37,778 nt of DNA from Octopus bimaculoides (taxonomy: Eukaryota), in the NCBI RefSeq assembly GCF_001194135.2, contig NC_068984.1:74100270-74138047 (forward strand), read 5' to 3'. The translations under genes and the position numbers were made by a program. Positions 1-11,360 of the stretch are shown here, in pieces. The stretch's first letter is position 1, and each line of letters starts with the position of its first letter. The notes beneath the pieces were generated by a model, which was not told where the DNA came from, did no database searches, and saw only the letters and a program-made list of their open reading frames with translations.

Positions 1-195
1 TAATTATCAGGAGGCCAGCACATCTAAAGAATCAAAGAGATTCAGAAATAGTATCTGCAATCTCAGGGGATTAAGGTACATTTTTAAAAAATAACGTTGA
101 CCACTAACGTGGACAATTAATGTGCTAGAAATAGATCACATCATATATATGTAGCTGCTGCTGCTGATGGTGGTGGTAGTGCTGACAACAGAACT

Positions 196-370
196 ATTAA
201 GTACCGCTACGCTCTAAATTCAAATATCACCGAGGTTGACTTCGCCTTTTATCAACTTGACCTTTCGGGAGCGATAAAACAAAGTCTCAGTTGAGAGCTG
301 GGATCGATATAATCCTCTAGGTCCTTGTCCCCAAATTTGAGGTCTTGTGCCTATAGTTGGAAGGATTATA
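196..370 (+). mobile_element. SINE family A (tRNA-headed), 5'-truncated decayed copy
   Basis: Matches the body and tail of the better copy at 34349-34568 (ttcaaat..ccgaggttgacttcgcctt..tttcggg..gataaa..gtcttgtgcctatagt). Confidence 0.75.
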
Positions 371-404
371 ACCGTTAGTTCCACTCTATTATTAACAATT
401 CCCA

Positions 405-1020
405 ACCGAGAGCGTCTTGGCGGTCATGCGATTTGCAAGCAATAACAACCGAATCTCCTTCAAATCGCATACTACCGCCTTAAAAATGAACATGCTGGAT
501 AATGTCGTCCGAAACTGTTTAAACGAAAGAAATGACGAATCAATCACAGTTGGAATGTCATTGATCACAGGATAACTCAATCAAGGTTGACCTATGGTTA
601 AAGAGCAAGAACACAAGAATAACAACACTGAGGAGTATCTACATCGTCACTGCACCTGCTAGAATAAGCATCAAAATCCCTCTTAAGTATATCACTCACT
701 CTGGAAAAATGGAACATTTATTAGTGTAGCCCGAGCTACATTACACCTGAAAACAAGATTGGATAGTCATGGCTAAAATGCTTTTGATCATAGGTCTTTT
801 CGTCTGGGATTGACGTATGTTGCGCTTAGCAACAGCAATAACAACCAACAACCTCAGGAAATGTTATGCCTATGATCAAGGTCTCCTTTATCTCTACTCT
901 TCGTAGTTGCTTGACGTGCAGGAAATTGCGGCAAAATCTTCTTCAAATCATACCGTAATTTCGAAGGATTAGGTTTAATAGAATGATATGATACACTAGA
1001 CAAGATTGTGCTAAAAATAA
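405..1020. mobile_element. Three tandem decayed copies of a ~220-bp SINE-like repeat (family D)
   Basis: Motif gcaataacaaccgaatctccttcaaatc / gctagaataagcatcaaaatccctctt / gcaggaaattgcggcaaaatcttcttcaaatc recurs near 435, 660 and 920; the first two units end in ttgatcacagg/ttgatcatagg plus an aacaac tail. Confidence 0.6.
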
Positions 1021-1288
1021 TAGCACCAGTATATTACTGGTACTTATGATGTCATCATTGTATGTCTTTAATTGACCATGTCACCCATTCACAGCCATCC
1101 ATCCTGGTTCATGCCATTATTATACACCATACCAAGGCAGCAAGCTGGCAAACTTACTCCTTTACTTGTTTCAGTCATTTGACTGTGGCCATGCTGGAGC
1201 ACCAACTAAAAGTTGATAGTTACGGCTAGAATATTTGTTTTTGACATAGGACTCGCTACAGTTACTAACCTCTCGATACCCTCCACGT

Positions 1289-1609
1289 CAGAAGTTCTCA
1301 ACCAGGGTCCATATGACCCTTTGGGTCCATATGACCCTCTGGGTCCATATGACCCTTTGGGTCCATATGATCCTATGGGGTCCATATAGGATCCTTGGGG
1401 GTCCATATGAGATTTTGCAGCTAAAATATATGTGAAATAAATTGTTTTTAATTCTACAACGCACAAAATATTTTACCAATTGTTTTAAATGCAATTCTTA
1501 ATAATATATAATCATAAAAATATAATGGCTAAAGGGGTCCACCTGATTAAAATAGGATTCAATAGGATTCAATAGGATTCCATGAGCAAAAGATGGTTGA
1601 GAGCCACTG
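1289..1609 (+). mobile_element. hAT (Charlie-like) MITE
   Basis: Imperfect TIRs cagaagttctcaacc (1289-1303) and ggttgagagccactg (1595-1609); both subterminal regions align with the copy at 35026-35378. No clean TSD. Confidence 0.7.
1305..1410. repeat. Six-unit ~18-bp tandem repeat GGGTCCATATGACCCTTT inside the hAT MITE
   Basis: Units start at 1305, 1323, 1341, 1359, ~1378, ~1399; near-palindromic core. A separate 10-bp unit AATAGGATTC x3 lies at 1551-1580. Confidence 0.95.
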
Positions 1610-1689
1610 CTCTGTGGAGTTGCTTAAACTGCAAGAGCTTGAATCAGCTTACAACCTAGATTTTAGAAAAATGAAGAGCAAACTGCATT

Positions 1690-2030
1690 TCTTTCATCTC
1701 ATAATTGTTTCAATCATTGGACTGCAGACATGTCGGGACACCGGCTTCAAGGGTTTAGTCAAACAAACATATTATTTAAATGCTTGGTACTTATTCTATT
1801 ACTTATTCTATATTTTTTTGGCAAGCTATGGTGGCGGGACAAAGCCAGACTAAACTGCACTGACAGACATACACAACCAAACACATATACTCACAATTAC
1901 ATACACAAATATAGTGGCCAGGTTTTCACAGTTTCCGTCTACCAAATTCACTCACAAGTCCTTAGTCACCCCGGGGCCAACATAGAAGACACATGACCAA
2001 TGTGTTGTGCAGGAGATCTGAACCTGATAT
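1690..2030 (-). mobile_element. SINE family C, decayed
   Basis: cagtttccgtctaccaaattcactcacaag..tagaagacac matches the reverse complement of the copy at 17912-18075. Confidence 0.75.
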
Positions 2031-2231
2031 CCCTAATAGTGTAATTTTGTCTGAGAATAAGATGTGATAGTTGTCATTGGAACTTCTTCAATCATAAGAT
2101 TTCTACGGTCATAAATAGATCTGACCTATCAAGAATGAACTGTGACTAAACAACAGCAGTAAGAACACTGTCATTATCTCCAATAATACTTCCACAACCA
2201 CCATTATTTTTCGAGCACCTTTCTGAGTATT

Positions 2232-2330
2232 CGGCTGTGGATGAGTAAAAGTGATTTAAAACCAGACATGGAGGCTCTGATCTGTGCTGCCCAAGAGCAA
2301 GCACTAAGAACAAACTACAAAACATACAGA
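2232..2330 (+). pseudogene. Fragment of R4/Dong-type non-LTR retrotransposon ORF
   Basis: Translation MSKSDLKPDMEALICAAQEQALRTNY matches the conserved LK.ETE..I.AAQ.QAL.TN motif also seen at 31270-31335 (ILKKETEITILVAQDQALAKN). Confidence 0.75.
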
Positions 2331-2442
2331 ATATTTGCAACAAGTATGGACTTGACAGAGCAAAATGTTGGTACGACTACAAACCTGAAGGCAATGTCGG
2401 AAATAGAAATGCAAAGACTGGTTCTTAATTTAACGAGTTTGA

Positions 2443-2557
2443 AAGCATGAAAGGAAAAATCGAGCTTGACAGAATTTGAACTCAGAACGTGGCAACAGAC
2501 GAAATACTGCTCAGTATTTTGTCTGGCGTGCTAACGATTCTGCCAACTCGCCGCCTT
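2443..2557 (-). mobile_element. SINE family A, 5' half
   Basis: Reverse complement gives ggcggcgagttggcagaatcgttagcacgcc..ttctgagttcaaatt (A-box/B-box-like head). Confidence 0.85.
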
Positions 2558-2575
2558 AGCAATAACAACAACAAG

Positions 2576-2585
2576 AATAATAATA

Positions 2586-2636
<51 letters not shown>

Positions 2637-2655
2637 TTAATAATAATAATAATAT

Positions 2656-2716
<61 letters not shown>
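2576..2716. repeat. (AAT)n abutting (ATT)n microsatellite (AT-rich quasi-palindrome)
   Basis: Read directly; strand switch at ~2677. Confidence 0.95.
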
Positions 2717-3126
2717 GGCCACAAGGGCTGGGTAAACATTTAGAGCAATACAAAGACGAGGGACAAAAGGGATTTACATAGAAAGTAGACGACGACAACA
2801 ACAACAGCAACACGAAGATGGCTGGATAAGCTATCTCAATAATTCCATTGCAGATACCCTCACTGTGCCATCACCACCAACTTCAGGACGGCTGTCAAAG
2901 TGGTCTGTTGACTGAAGGCATCTTGACAGAAAATACAACGAAGGAAGAATTAACAACAAGTACAGCCATTAGAATTAAATACAATACCGTTGCCGCACGC
3001 AACACTCAGAATGTTAAGAAGTGGGTGAGGTGGGTTCAGGACAGCTCACGTGTCTTTGTTTGAAATTTGGGATTCTGTTGACGGAAAGAAAATGAATTGG
3101 TAGAGGACGCTTGCTTGTATTTAAAT

Positions 3127-3311
3127 GTATGTATGCATGCATGTATGTATGTATGTATGTATGTATGTATGTATGTATGTATGTATGTATGTATGCATGT
3201 ATGTATGTATGTATGTATGTATGTATGCATGTATGTATGTATGTATGTANNNNNNNNNNATGTATGTATGTATGTATGTATGTATGTATGTATGTATGTG
3301 TGTGTTCATAC

Positions 3312-3366
<55 letters not shown>

Positions 3367-3370
3367 CGTA
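3127..3370. repeat. (TATG)n then (TA)n microsatellites, with a 10-N gap
   Basis: Read directly; source of the MYVC/HTYI ORFs. Confidence 0.95.
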
Positions 3371-3424
3371 TCTCTCTCACTGTGTGTGTGTATATATATA
3401 AATATTAACTAATAATATATATAT

Positions 3425-3712
3425 AGGGTATTCGGCTCACAATCGCAAGGTCGTGAGTTCAATTCCCATGGACGCGTTGTGTCCCTGAGCAAGACACTTT
3501 ATTTCACGTTCCTCCAGTCCACTCAGCTGGCAAAAATAAGTAGTACCTGTATTTCAAAGGGCCAGCCCTTTCACAATCTGTGTCACGCTGAATCTCCCTG
3601 AGATGTATGTTATGGGTACACGTGTTTGTGGAGTGCTCGCCCACTTGCACGTTAATTTCACGAGCAAGCTGTTCTGTTGATCGTATCAGCTGAGACACTC
3701 GTCTATCCAAAC
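3425..3712 (+). mobile_element. SINE family B (tRNA head plus conserved central domain)
   Basis: B-box-like gtgagttcaattcc, then ttgtgtccctgagcaagacactttatttcacgtt..ccagtccactcagctg; the same body is at 11020-11347 (-) and 16700-16925 (-). Confidence 0.85.
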
Positions 3713-3925
3713 CTTGTTGATCCAACTGCACCTGGCACAGCGATCCTTCTCATATCCATCTTCCATTTTGACAGCCGGGATTCTGAAAAGTGTGATCCTT
3801 TGCTTTCGCCCATAAACGTATCATTATACTAAAGAGATTGGTTTGATACATATGCACACACAAACATACATCACCAGTCACATACTTACACACGAGCACA
3901 TACAAACACATATGCACGCATGTAA

Positions 3926-3980
<55 letters not shown>

Positions 3981-3994
3981 TTATTTATCTATCT
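3926..3994. repeat. (ATCT)n microsatellite
   Basis: Read directly. Confidence 0.95.
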
Positions 3995-4119
3995 AGCTAG
4001 CTAGCTATTTCTCTCTCTCCCTCTCTCTCCCTCTCTCTCCCTCTCTCTCTCTCTCTATGTATATATATATATATATATATACATATATATATGTTTCATT
4101 TCGGGATAGTCATACACAA

Positions 4120-4444
4120 TATATATTCGTCCTTCACTCGTTTATTACTGTCCTTTTCCTAATTCATGTCCATTGCCCAGAAATCTTTTGTCACACATCT
4201 GTGACCTCCTCAGGGACACTTTCCGTCTTCGTATGTGCTCTTGCTCTGCTTATTTCATTCACAGAGAATGGAATAAGCAGACAAAGACGGAAAATGTTTC
4301 TGAGAATGAAATAAGCAGCACAAGAACACATACAAAGGTAGAAAGTGTCGCTGAGGAGGTCACAGATGTGTAACGAAAGATTTCCAGATAATGGACGTGA
4401 GTTAGAATAAGGACAGTAGTAAACGAGTGAAGAACGAATATATA
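4120..4444. mobile_element. 325-bp foldback element, 146-bp inverted arms, hammerhead-like core in each arm (Penelope-like pseudo-LTR derivative)
   Basis: Arms 4120-4265 and 4299-4444 align as reverse complements. + arm: CTGAGGA-G-GTCACA-GATG-TGTAAC-GAAA-GATT-TC (4351-4384). - arm has a perfect stem II GTCACA/TGTGAC, but GAAA reads AAAA. Confidence 0.7.
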
Positions 4445-4588
4445 GTCCGTGTGTTTATTTGGCTAAAAAACAAAATGACCGTCCCGAAATACAACATCTG
4501 TTTCAACACACAATTTCACATATTCACAAATTTATAAACGTATATATATATATATATATATATATATATNNNNNNNNNNNNNNNNNNN

Positions 4589-4623
<35 letters not shown>

Positions 4624-4792
4624 ACACACCTATATATATCGAGAGAGATAGACATGCATACATACAGACAGAGAGACAGATAGATACATAGATAGATCAA
4701 TCCATCAATTTATGATCGAACAAATGAAAGAAAATAGCACTCAGCACATTTGGCTGGAATTACATGCATTTAATTAACGGTTTGACTAACGT

Positions 4793-4917
4793 CACTTAAA
4801 GTTACGTGCGTGTAGGACACTTCTAGCTCATCAGATGTTCGTAGACCAGACACTGTATCTCCGAACATCTGATGTAGAGGACATGCTCTACGCGCCTACA
4901 GAACTTTATTTAAAGTG
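4793..4917. mobile_element. Small palindromic element with decayed hammerhead-like cores
   Basis: Perfect 13-bp inverted repeat catcagatgttcg (4829-4841) / cgaacatctgatg (4862-4874) with imperfect extension outward; ctgatg(t)a-gag-gacatg-ctc on +, ctgatgag on -. Confidence 0.5.
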
Positions 4918-4947
4918 GAAGACTGTACCTAGATTTATTTATTAAGG

Positions 4948-5122
4948 AAGTACCTTGAGCACTGCTGGTCTTGATGATGAAATTTCGTACAGAATCCGCA
5001 GGGCTCATAGTGCTTTTGGTAGGCTTGGTAGGCGTCTATGGAAACAACATAATATATCTTCGCAAATGAGAGTTAAAGTATATAACACATGCATCCTCCC
5101 ATCTTTACTATATGGAAGTGAG
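4948..5122 (+). pseudogene. RTE-clade LINE reverse transcriptase C-terminal fragment
   Basis: KYL..LDDEISYRIRRAHSAFGRLGRRLWKQHNISSQMRVKVYNTCILPSLLYGSEA matches the RTE/BovB motif (EI..RI..A..AFG.L...W...K..VY...VLP.LLYG.E). Confidence 0.9.
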
Positions 5123-5699
5123 GCAATCGGAGCGATTTCATCAATACTGTCTGAGAAAAATTTGGGAGATAAACAGAAAGTAATGAGGACAAAAAGCAAC
5201 GGTAAGAGGAAAGAAACTGAGAGAGATAGAAAAAACGTGTCTGATTAACGGTTGCAAGTGATGAAGTGACCGGGCACCTCCATGCAGGTCAACTCACATA
5301 CATTATTACAGCTCACACATACATCAAATAGCCTCACACACACATACACGCACACACACTCGCGCACACACACGCACTTATCATATACATACGTATAAAC
5401 ACAGAGTACACACATACACATATCAACTTCATACACACACACACACACATACACACACACTCGTGTGTGTGAACAAGTACGTGCGTAAAGTAATAATACA
5501 TGTTTAGGTAAATATGTTATCATTTATCTTTAATATTTAATTCTTGAAATAATTTTCAAAATCTGTAGAAAACCGGAATGTCTGGATATAAACCACTCAT
5601 GCAAATATAATCATTATTTTAATGATCAGAAACTGGAGTGGCCAAAGGAAACCTACGCATCCAAATATAAGATCTGCAATATATAAAGAAATGATATTA

Positions 5700-6440
5700 C
5701 TAGTTGTGATGAGCTTAAACTTATATGATATAAAAACTGTGTCTGTCATAGCCTTGAGAAGTTTGAAAATTATCGTGTGAGTTCAAGATATACGATGTTT
5801 TCCATTTTAACTACATAAGTAAAAAGATTATGGGGCATTCCAACTCTTGATCACCTTATACAAAATTAGACATTAGCAAACCAACTAATGAAGATCCAGT
5901 TCAGCAATTGTCAAAGTTCGTCCTTAGGATTTATTGATCCACATCATGCAACTTAGATTACCTGGAAACCAACATTTTAAAATCGAAAGTGCTCGTCTTT
6001 TTGTATGAGTGGAATTCTGAGTGTAATAGCATCCTCTCTTTTGCAGCAGCTTGAGAAGTTAATAGCGTCGATTACATGTAGACGAAACGGCTTAAACATT
6101 TGGTCTGTGCCATTGTACTAGTGCAGCTAATCTGAATGACGACGCGTCATTATTGGGGATTGTTTTGGTTATCTGAAGTCGGTATCGTGGCAGATCTGAA
6201 ATTTACAATGAATTTTAAAATTATGAAGAATTGTGAATTACTGCTCCCTGATATGCAGCCGTGTCTATCAATTTGCAGTTATGAAAATATCCTGAAAATA
6301 CCCTGGTACCTGCAATAGTTACCAAGAAATTTTCAGTTCCTGCTCACGTTCTTTTACATTCTATTATAGAATTGCTGAAAGAAACAGGTTGTATATGGAA
6401 ATAGTTATCGTAAATTTCAGGTAAGTTAAGATTATGCAAT
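5700..6440 (-). pseudogene. Decayed Helitron 3' end: Pif1-type helicase C-terminus and CTAG terminus
   Basis: Across stops and frameshifts on -: AIL..LLQVPG..IDT..AVI..F*NSL*ISDLPRYRL..SPIM..YNGT..RIPLI..INKS*GRTL..SRVG.PHNLF. This follows the Helitron RepHel order (EFLNSL..SGLPPH..PIMLLRN..CNGTRL..PRIPL..INKSQGQ..SRV). Terminal CTAG at 5700-5703. Confidence 0.8.
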
Positions 6441-6639
6441 CTAAGTGGGAGATAGCTAAACAATAACTACTTAACAAAAAACACTGTGAAGCATTTGCAT
6501 GCCCTAAATGCAAGCAAAAATATCAATGTTATGTTTCAATCGAAGACGTTATGCTGGGATTAGTTACGATCTAGAACCAGAAGAGTGGAATTATACAAGC
6601 CATTTCTAAAATTCAATATGCAAACCTTAACTAGCGTTA

Positions 6640-7060
6640 AAATCTGAATTCCTATAAATTTCTGGGGAAGGGATAAATCAATTTCATCGACCCCTATGTT
6701 TAACTGGTCCTTATTTTATCGACCCCGAAAGAATGAAAGGCGAGATCAACCTCGACAGAATCTGAACGGCCGAAAGGCCGCTCAGAATTTTGCCTGGCGT
6801 GTTAACAGCTTCACCAGCTTTCCGACTTAATCTAGATATATCTACTGATTTCAAATTTTGACACACGGCCAGAAATTTTGGGCGGAGGTGATTAGTCGAT
6901 TACATAGACCCCAGTTTTGAACTAGTACTTATTTTAACAACCCCCGAAAGGTTGAATGGTAAAGTCGACCATGCCGGAATTTGAACTCAGAAAGTAGAGA
7001 CGGGCTAATGTCGCTAAATATTTTGTCCGGCGTGCTAACGATTCTGCCAGCTCACGCCTT
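6640..7060 (-). mobile_element. Two tandem SINE family A copies
   Basis: Copies at ~6640-6826 and ~6846-7060, each with gacccc..gaaaggatgaaagg..ctcggc..gtgctaac..ctgccagctc. Confidence 0.85.
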
Positions 7061-8394
7061 AATATAGGCATATATATTAACACTTAGAGACAAACATGCA
7101 TACATACATGCATACATACATACATGCATATATACATACATGCCTGCATGCATACTGATCAGGTTTATACTTGTAATTAATGGGGCACTGGGATATATAA
7201 CAATCAGCCTAAGCACCAACCTTCAAAAAAATTATGTTTCTCAAAACCAGAAAGGAGAAAGCTGATTCGAAGTTTAAGGTCCAAGCCATCACCGGAACTG
7301 TAAAGATATATAAAACTTTCCAGAAGTTTACCATTGCAGTATATATGCATGAGAATACATACATAAAACAAAAGAAACAAATCTGCATAAGCACTCACTT
7401 CAAATATTGCACATATATTCACAAACATGCAAAAACACGCAGCTGTTGCTGAAATTCCAATGTAGGAGCTTTGGATCTAGGTAAGAAATCGGTTTTTTCT
7501 CTTTCGATAAGAACTCTTGAAATAAAATTTAATAAAGACATACATTATTTATGGATTATTTCTTCAATTACCAAATTATAAATTCATATTTGTAGCTAAA
7601 ATTGCTAGTACAATTGATTATGTTGTTAAATTTAAAATGAACAATCGTGAAAATACGGGATATTAGTCAAGGAAGGTTATGCATTCTGAAAAGTTTGATA
7701 TGTAAGTAGAGCGGGAGAAAAATATGAAAGACTTCTCTCAAGTTCATGATTATATATAGGTGTGTACGTGTGCATTCGTTTGATTGTGTGTGTATGTGCG
7801 AGTGTGTGTGTGTGTGGATGTGTGTTAGAGAGAGAGGGGGGGGTAAGCGGGGAGAAGTAGAGAGAAAACGAGAAGTGTGTGGCTGAGTATGAAGAGAGAG
7901 AGAAAGAGAAAATAGAGCGGGTAAAGAAAGACAAGCCGTCAAGCCGTGACATACTGTTGCACATTCCCCAATGAACTAAAAAAAAAAACAGAAACGCGGT
8001 GTTTACCCATAAGTTTTGTCGGCATAAATTCACGTCTGTATAGTAACAGGTAAGATAGACAGACAGGTATTCAAGTGTTTTCACCTCTTCGTTCACTCTC
8101 TTGTCTGGTTCGCTACTTTGGTTGGCAGGCTGGTCGGTCGGTTAGTAAGTTGGGTGGCTGGTTGTCTGTCTGTGTGACTTGTCGCGGCATGGCAACCAGC
8201 TCGTGCCTTCGACACGTGCTGGTGGGGCACTAAAGCACTGACCTGAAACGGTATCTTACCGCTAGTTAGTGAGCTGTTTACTTGTTTACCCGTTTACCCT
8301 TTATAAACATTCTTTATATACTCGGTACCATTTTTGTACTTCTTGAGAATATAAGTCACCCATCATTATCTCAGTACTTCTTTTTATTATTTTT

Positions 8395-8580
8395 TTTACT
8401 CATTTCATTTGTCGGACTGCGACCAGAGTACAACCCGCGAGATAGTGCTCTAGCCACACATCTCCGTTATAAGCCTGGTGCCTATTCTCTCGATCTCTTT
8501 AGTCGATCCACTAAGTTACAGACGCACTTATAGAAACTACAATAGCTGTCAAGCGAAGAGGACACACACATGCACACACA
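8395..8580 (-). mobile_element. SINE family C 3' portion, decayed, running into (CA)n
   Basis: aagcctggtgcctattctctcgatctctttagtcgatccactaagttac resembles the corresponding segments at 19755-19870 and 29990-30050. Confidence 0.55.
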
Positions 8581-8594
8581 CACACACACACACA

Positions 8595-8640
<46 letters not shown>

Positions 8641-10044
8641 NNNNNNNNNNNNNNNNNNNNNNNNNNNNNNNNNNNNNNNNNNNNNNNNNNNNNNNNNNNN
8701 NNNNNNNNNNNNNNNNNNNNNNNNNNNNNNNNNNNNNNNNNNNNNNNNNNNNNNNNNNNNNNNNNNNNNNNNNNNNNNNNNNNNNNNNNNNNNNNNNNNN
8801 NNNNNNNNNNNNNNNNNNNNNNNNNNNNNNNNNNNNNNNNNNNNNNNNNNNNNNNNNNNNNNNNNNNNNNNNNNNNNNNNNNNNNNNNNNNNNNNNNNNN
8901 NNNNNNNNNNNNNNNNNNNNNNNNNNNNNNNNNNNNNNNNNNNNNNNNNNNNNNNNNNNNNNNNNNNNNNNNNNNNNNNNNNNNNNNNNNNNNNNNNNNN
9001 NNNNNNNNNNNNNNNNNNNNNNNNNNNNNNNNNNNNNNNNNNNNNNNNNNNNNNNNNNNNNNNNNNNNNNNNNNNNNNNNNNNNNNNNNNNNNNNNNNNN
9101 NNNNNNNNNNNNNNNNNNNNNNNNNNNNNNNTATATATATATATATATATATGGGGAGTGGGCTACAGCTAGTCAATGTATTGCAATACATAATAGAAAT
9201 GTTAAAAGTCAAACGATACCTGTGTCTGCAGCTTTTTATAATGAAGAAAGGGATTGCACTGAACCAATCTCACTCTCTAAACAATGTATCCATTTGCTCA
9301 AACAGAAGAACTAATCAACATCGTTGGATGCAAACGAAGTCGCAGGTGTTGCGTCAGAGTTTTCTATATCCTAGAAAAATATCGAAACAACATTTAGAGG
9401 TACTGGATGGCTGTTAACTCTACTGAGTTCACCCACCCTTTGACAGGCTTTGTTCTTGCTCTGTTGGGTGTCCAACGAAATTACCCTCTTTAACAAGCGG
9501 ATCTGGTAAGATTGCTGGTTTGATCATTGTTGGCCCAAACATGAAACAAATTGTATTGAATTACATATTACTAGTAGTACTATGAATAACTTGACATCTA
9601 TACATACATAGATACAAACATACAGATATAAATTTGTAGAGCATTATAGATCCTGTGGCAATCACAGAAGGCTACTCTAGTGGATTCCGGCTTTCATACC
9701 ACATAATAATCCAATACGGAAGAGTTTAATGTAGAGTTCTATGTAGCTGAAATTCAGATGATCCAATCGATGAAATTATTTCATAAAAAGTTTATCGACC
9801 ACAAAAAGTTACGAGGTATAAGAGGTAAATATATTTATTTAACCACTTGATATCCGTAGGATTACAGTCGCTTCGTAGCCTTCATCATGTAATAATAATT
9901 TCGGTGTATAATAAATTACTTTCATGTCTGCACCAACATGCATGCTACACATTTCACAGAGTAAGTGTACAATTACAAACCAATGCAGTTATAGAAGGCT
10001 AGCACTTCAGATGTTCAGAAAATCATGGTTACACCACTACTTCA

Positions 10045-10046
<2 letters not shown>

Positions 10047-10127
<81 letters not shown>

Positions 10128-10133
10128 AGGGGC

Positions 10134-10164
<31 letters not shown>

Positions 10165-10243
10165 CAGAGAGACAGAGAGAGAGATAGAGACAGACAGACA
10201 GAGAGACAGGGAGAGACAGAGAGAGACAGATAGACAGACAGCC

Positions 10244-10303
<60 letters not shown>
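10047..10303. repeat. Compound (TA)n/(GA)n/(GATA)n microsatellite
   Basis: Read directly. Confidence 0.95.
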
Positions 10304-10304
<1 letters not shown>

Positions 10305-10628
10305 AATACACACACATACATGTATATAATCTGTATTTACGTTTACATTACAACGCTCACTAATTTATCTGCCTACAGGATTACTCGCTAAACCTCTCCA
10401 GCCTACATTGAGCTTACACATGACGTCTGACCCACAAGGTAGTCTTATCTAACAGCAGAAGCAGCAGCAGCAGCAGCAGCAGGAGTGTAGTCTACTTGAA
10501 AAACAAATAATAGAAAAATACTGCCTCTATCTCTCATTTATCGATTGCGTCGTACTTTACTGAGTGTAACTTATCCTTGTTGATTCTCATAAGTACTAGC
10601 ATATCGCCACTATTCCTGGCACCCCTAT

Positions 10629-10647
10629 CACCACCACCACCACCACC

Positions 10648-10700
<53 letters not shown>
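10629..10700. repeat. (ACC)n(ACA)n trinucleotide microsatellite with degenerate flank to ~10800
   Basis: Read directly; gives polyQ/T/N or polyC/V/L ORFs depending on frame. Confidence 0.9.
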
Positions 10701-10701
<1 letters not shown>

Positions 10702-11019
10702 TCTACTACACCCACTACAAGGACAACCGCCGTCACAACTACAGCCATTACTATTACAACTACAGCTATGAACAACAGTAACACTACTTCCCTTACTACT
10801 CCCTATAGTGCAAACCACCCCACCCGCTCCGCAAGCAATGCAGATAACAAGCAATGCCACAAAAGCAAAGAACTTTTTTGGCGTCTTTTGTAGATAGCTT
10901 AAACGGGTGGATAGCTTAAACGGGTGGATATTATCGGCTGATGGTTTTGAATATGTTTTTAGAAAATGTGCAGAAATAAAATAGAAGGTAGAATAGATTG
11001 TGCAAGAATGGCTTGCTAT

Positions 11020-11347
11020 AAACGGCCTGGCTCTCCGTCGATTGCGATGACGAGTGTTCCAGCTGATACGATCAACGGAACAGCCTGCTCGTGAAATTAA
11101 CGTACAAGTGGATGAGCACTCCACAAGACACTTAACGTAGTTCTCAGGAAATTTCTCAGGGAAATTCAGCATGACACAGAATGTGAAAGGGCTAGCCCTT
11201 TTAATTACAGGTACAACTCATTTTTGCGAGCTGAGTGGACTGGAGCAACGAGAAAGAAAATGTTTTGCTCATGTACACAACATATCACTGGGGATTGAAC
11301 TCACAAACTTAATATTGTGAACCGAATACACTAGCTACCTGAGCCAA
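11020..11347 (-). mobile_element. SINE family B, near full length
   Basis: Reverse complement aligns with 3425-3712 (gctgagtggactggagcaacg; gcctgctcgtgaaattaacg). Confidence 0.85.
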
Positions 11348-11360
11348 GCTGGCTAAAAAA

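Noticed and set aside
1305-1410. Palindromic direct repeats resembling a CRISPR array; ORF with GSYGPKGSYGPR repeats
   Set aside because: Units are contiguous with no unique spacers, no cas genes are present, the context is eukaryotic, and the array lies inside a hAT MITE. The peptide is only the repeat's translation.
10893-10930. Exact 17-bp tandem duplication GATAGCTTAAACGGGTG
   Set aside because: Consistent with ordinary replication slippage; nothing suggests function.
10534-11172. 212-aa Cys/Gly-rich ORF and the opposite-strand polyQ/polyT ORFs
   Set aside because: The N-terminal part is a SINE B copy and the Cys/Gln/Thr runs are an ACA/ACC microsatellite; no domain is recognisable. A short exon cannot be fully excluded.
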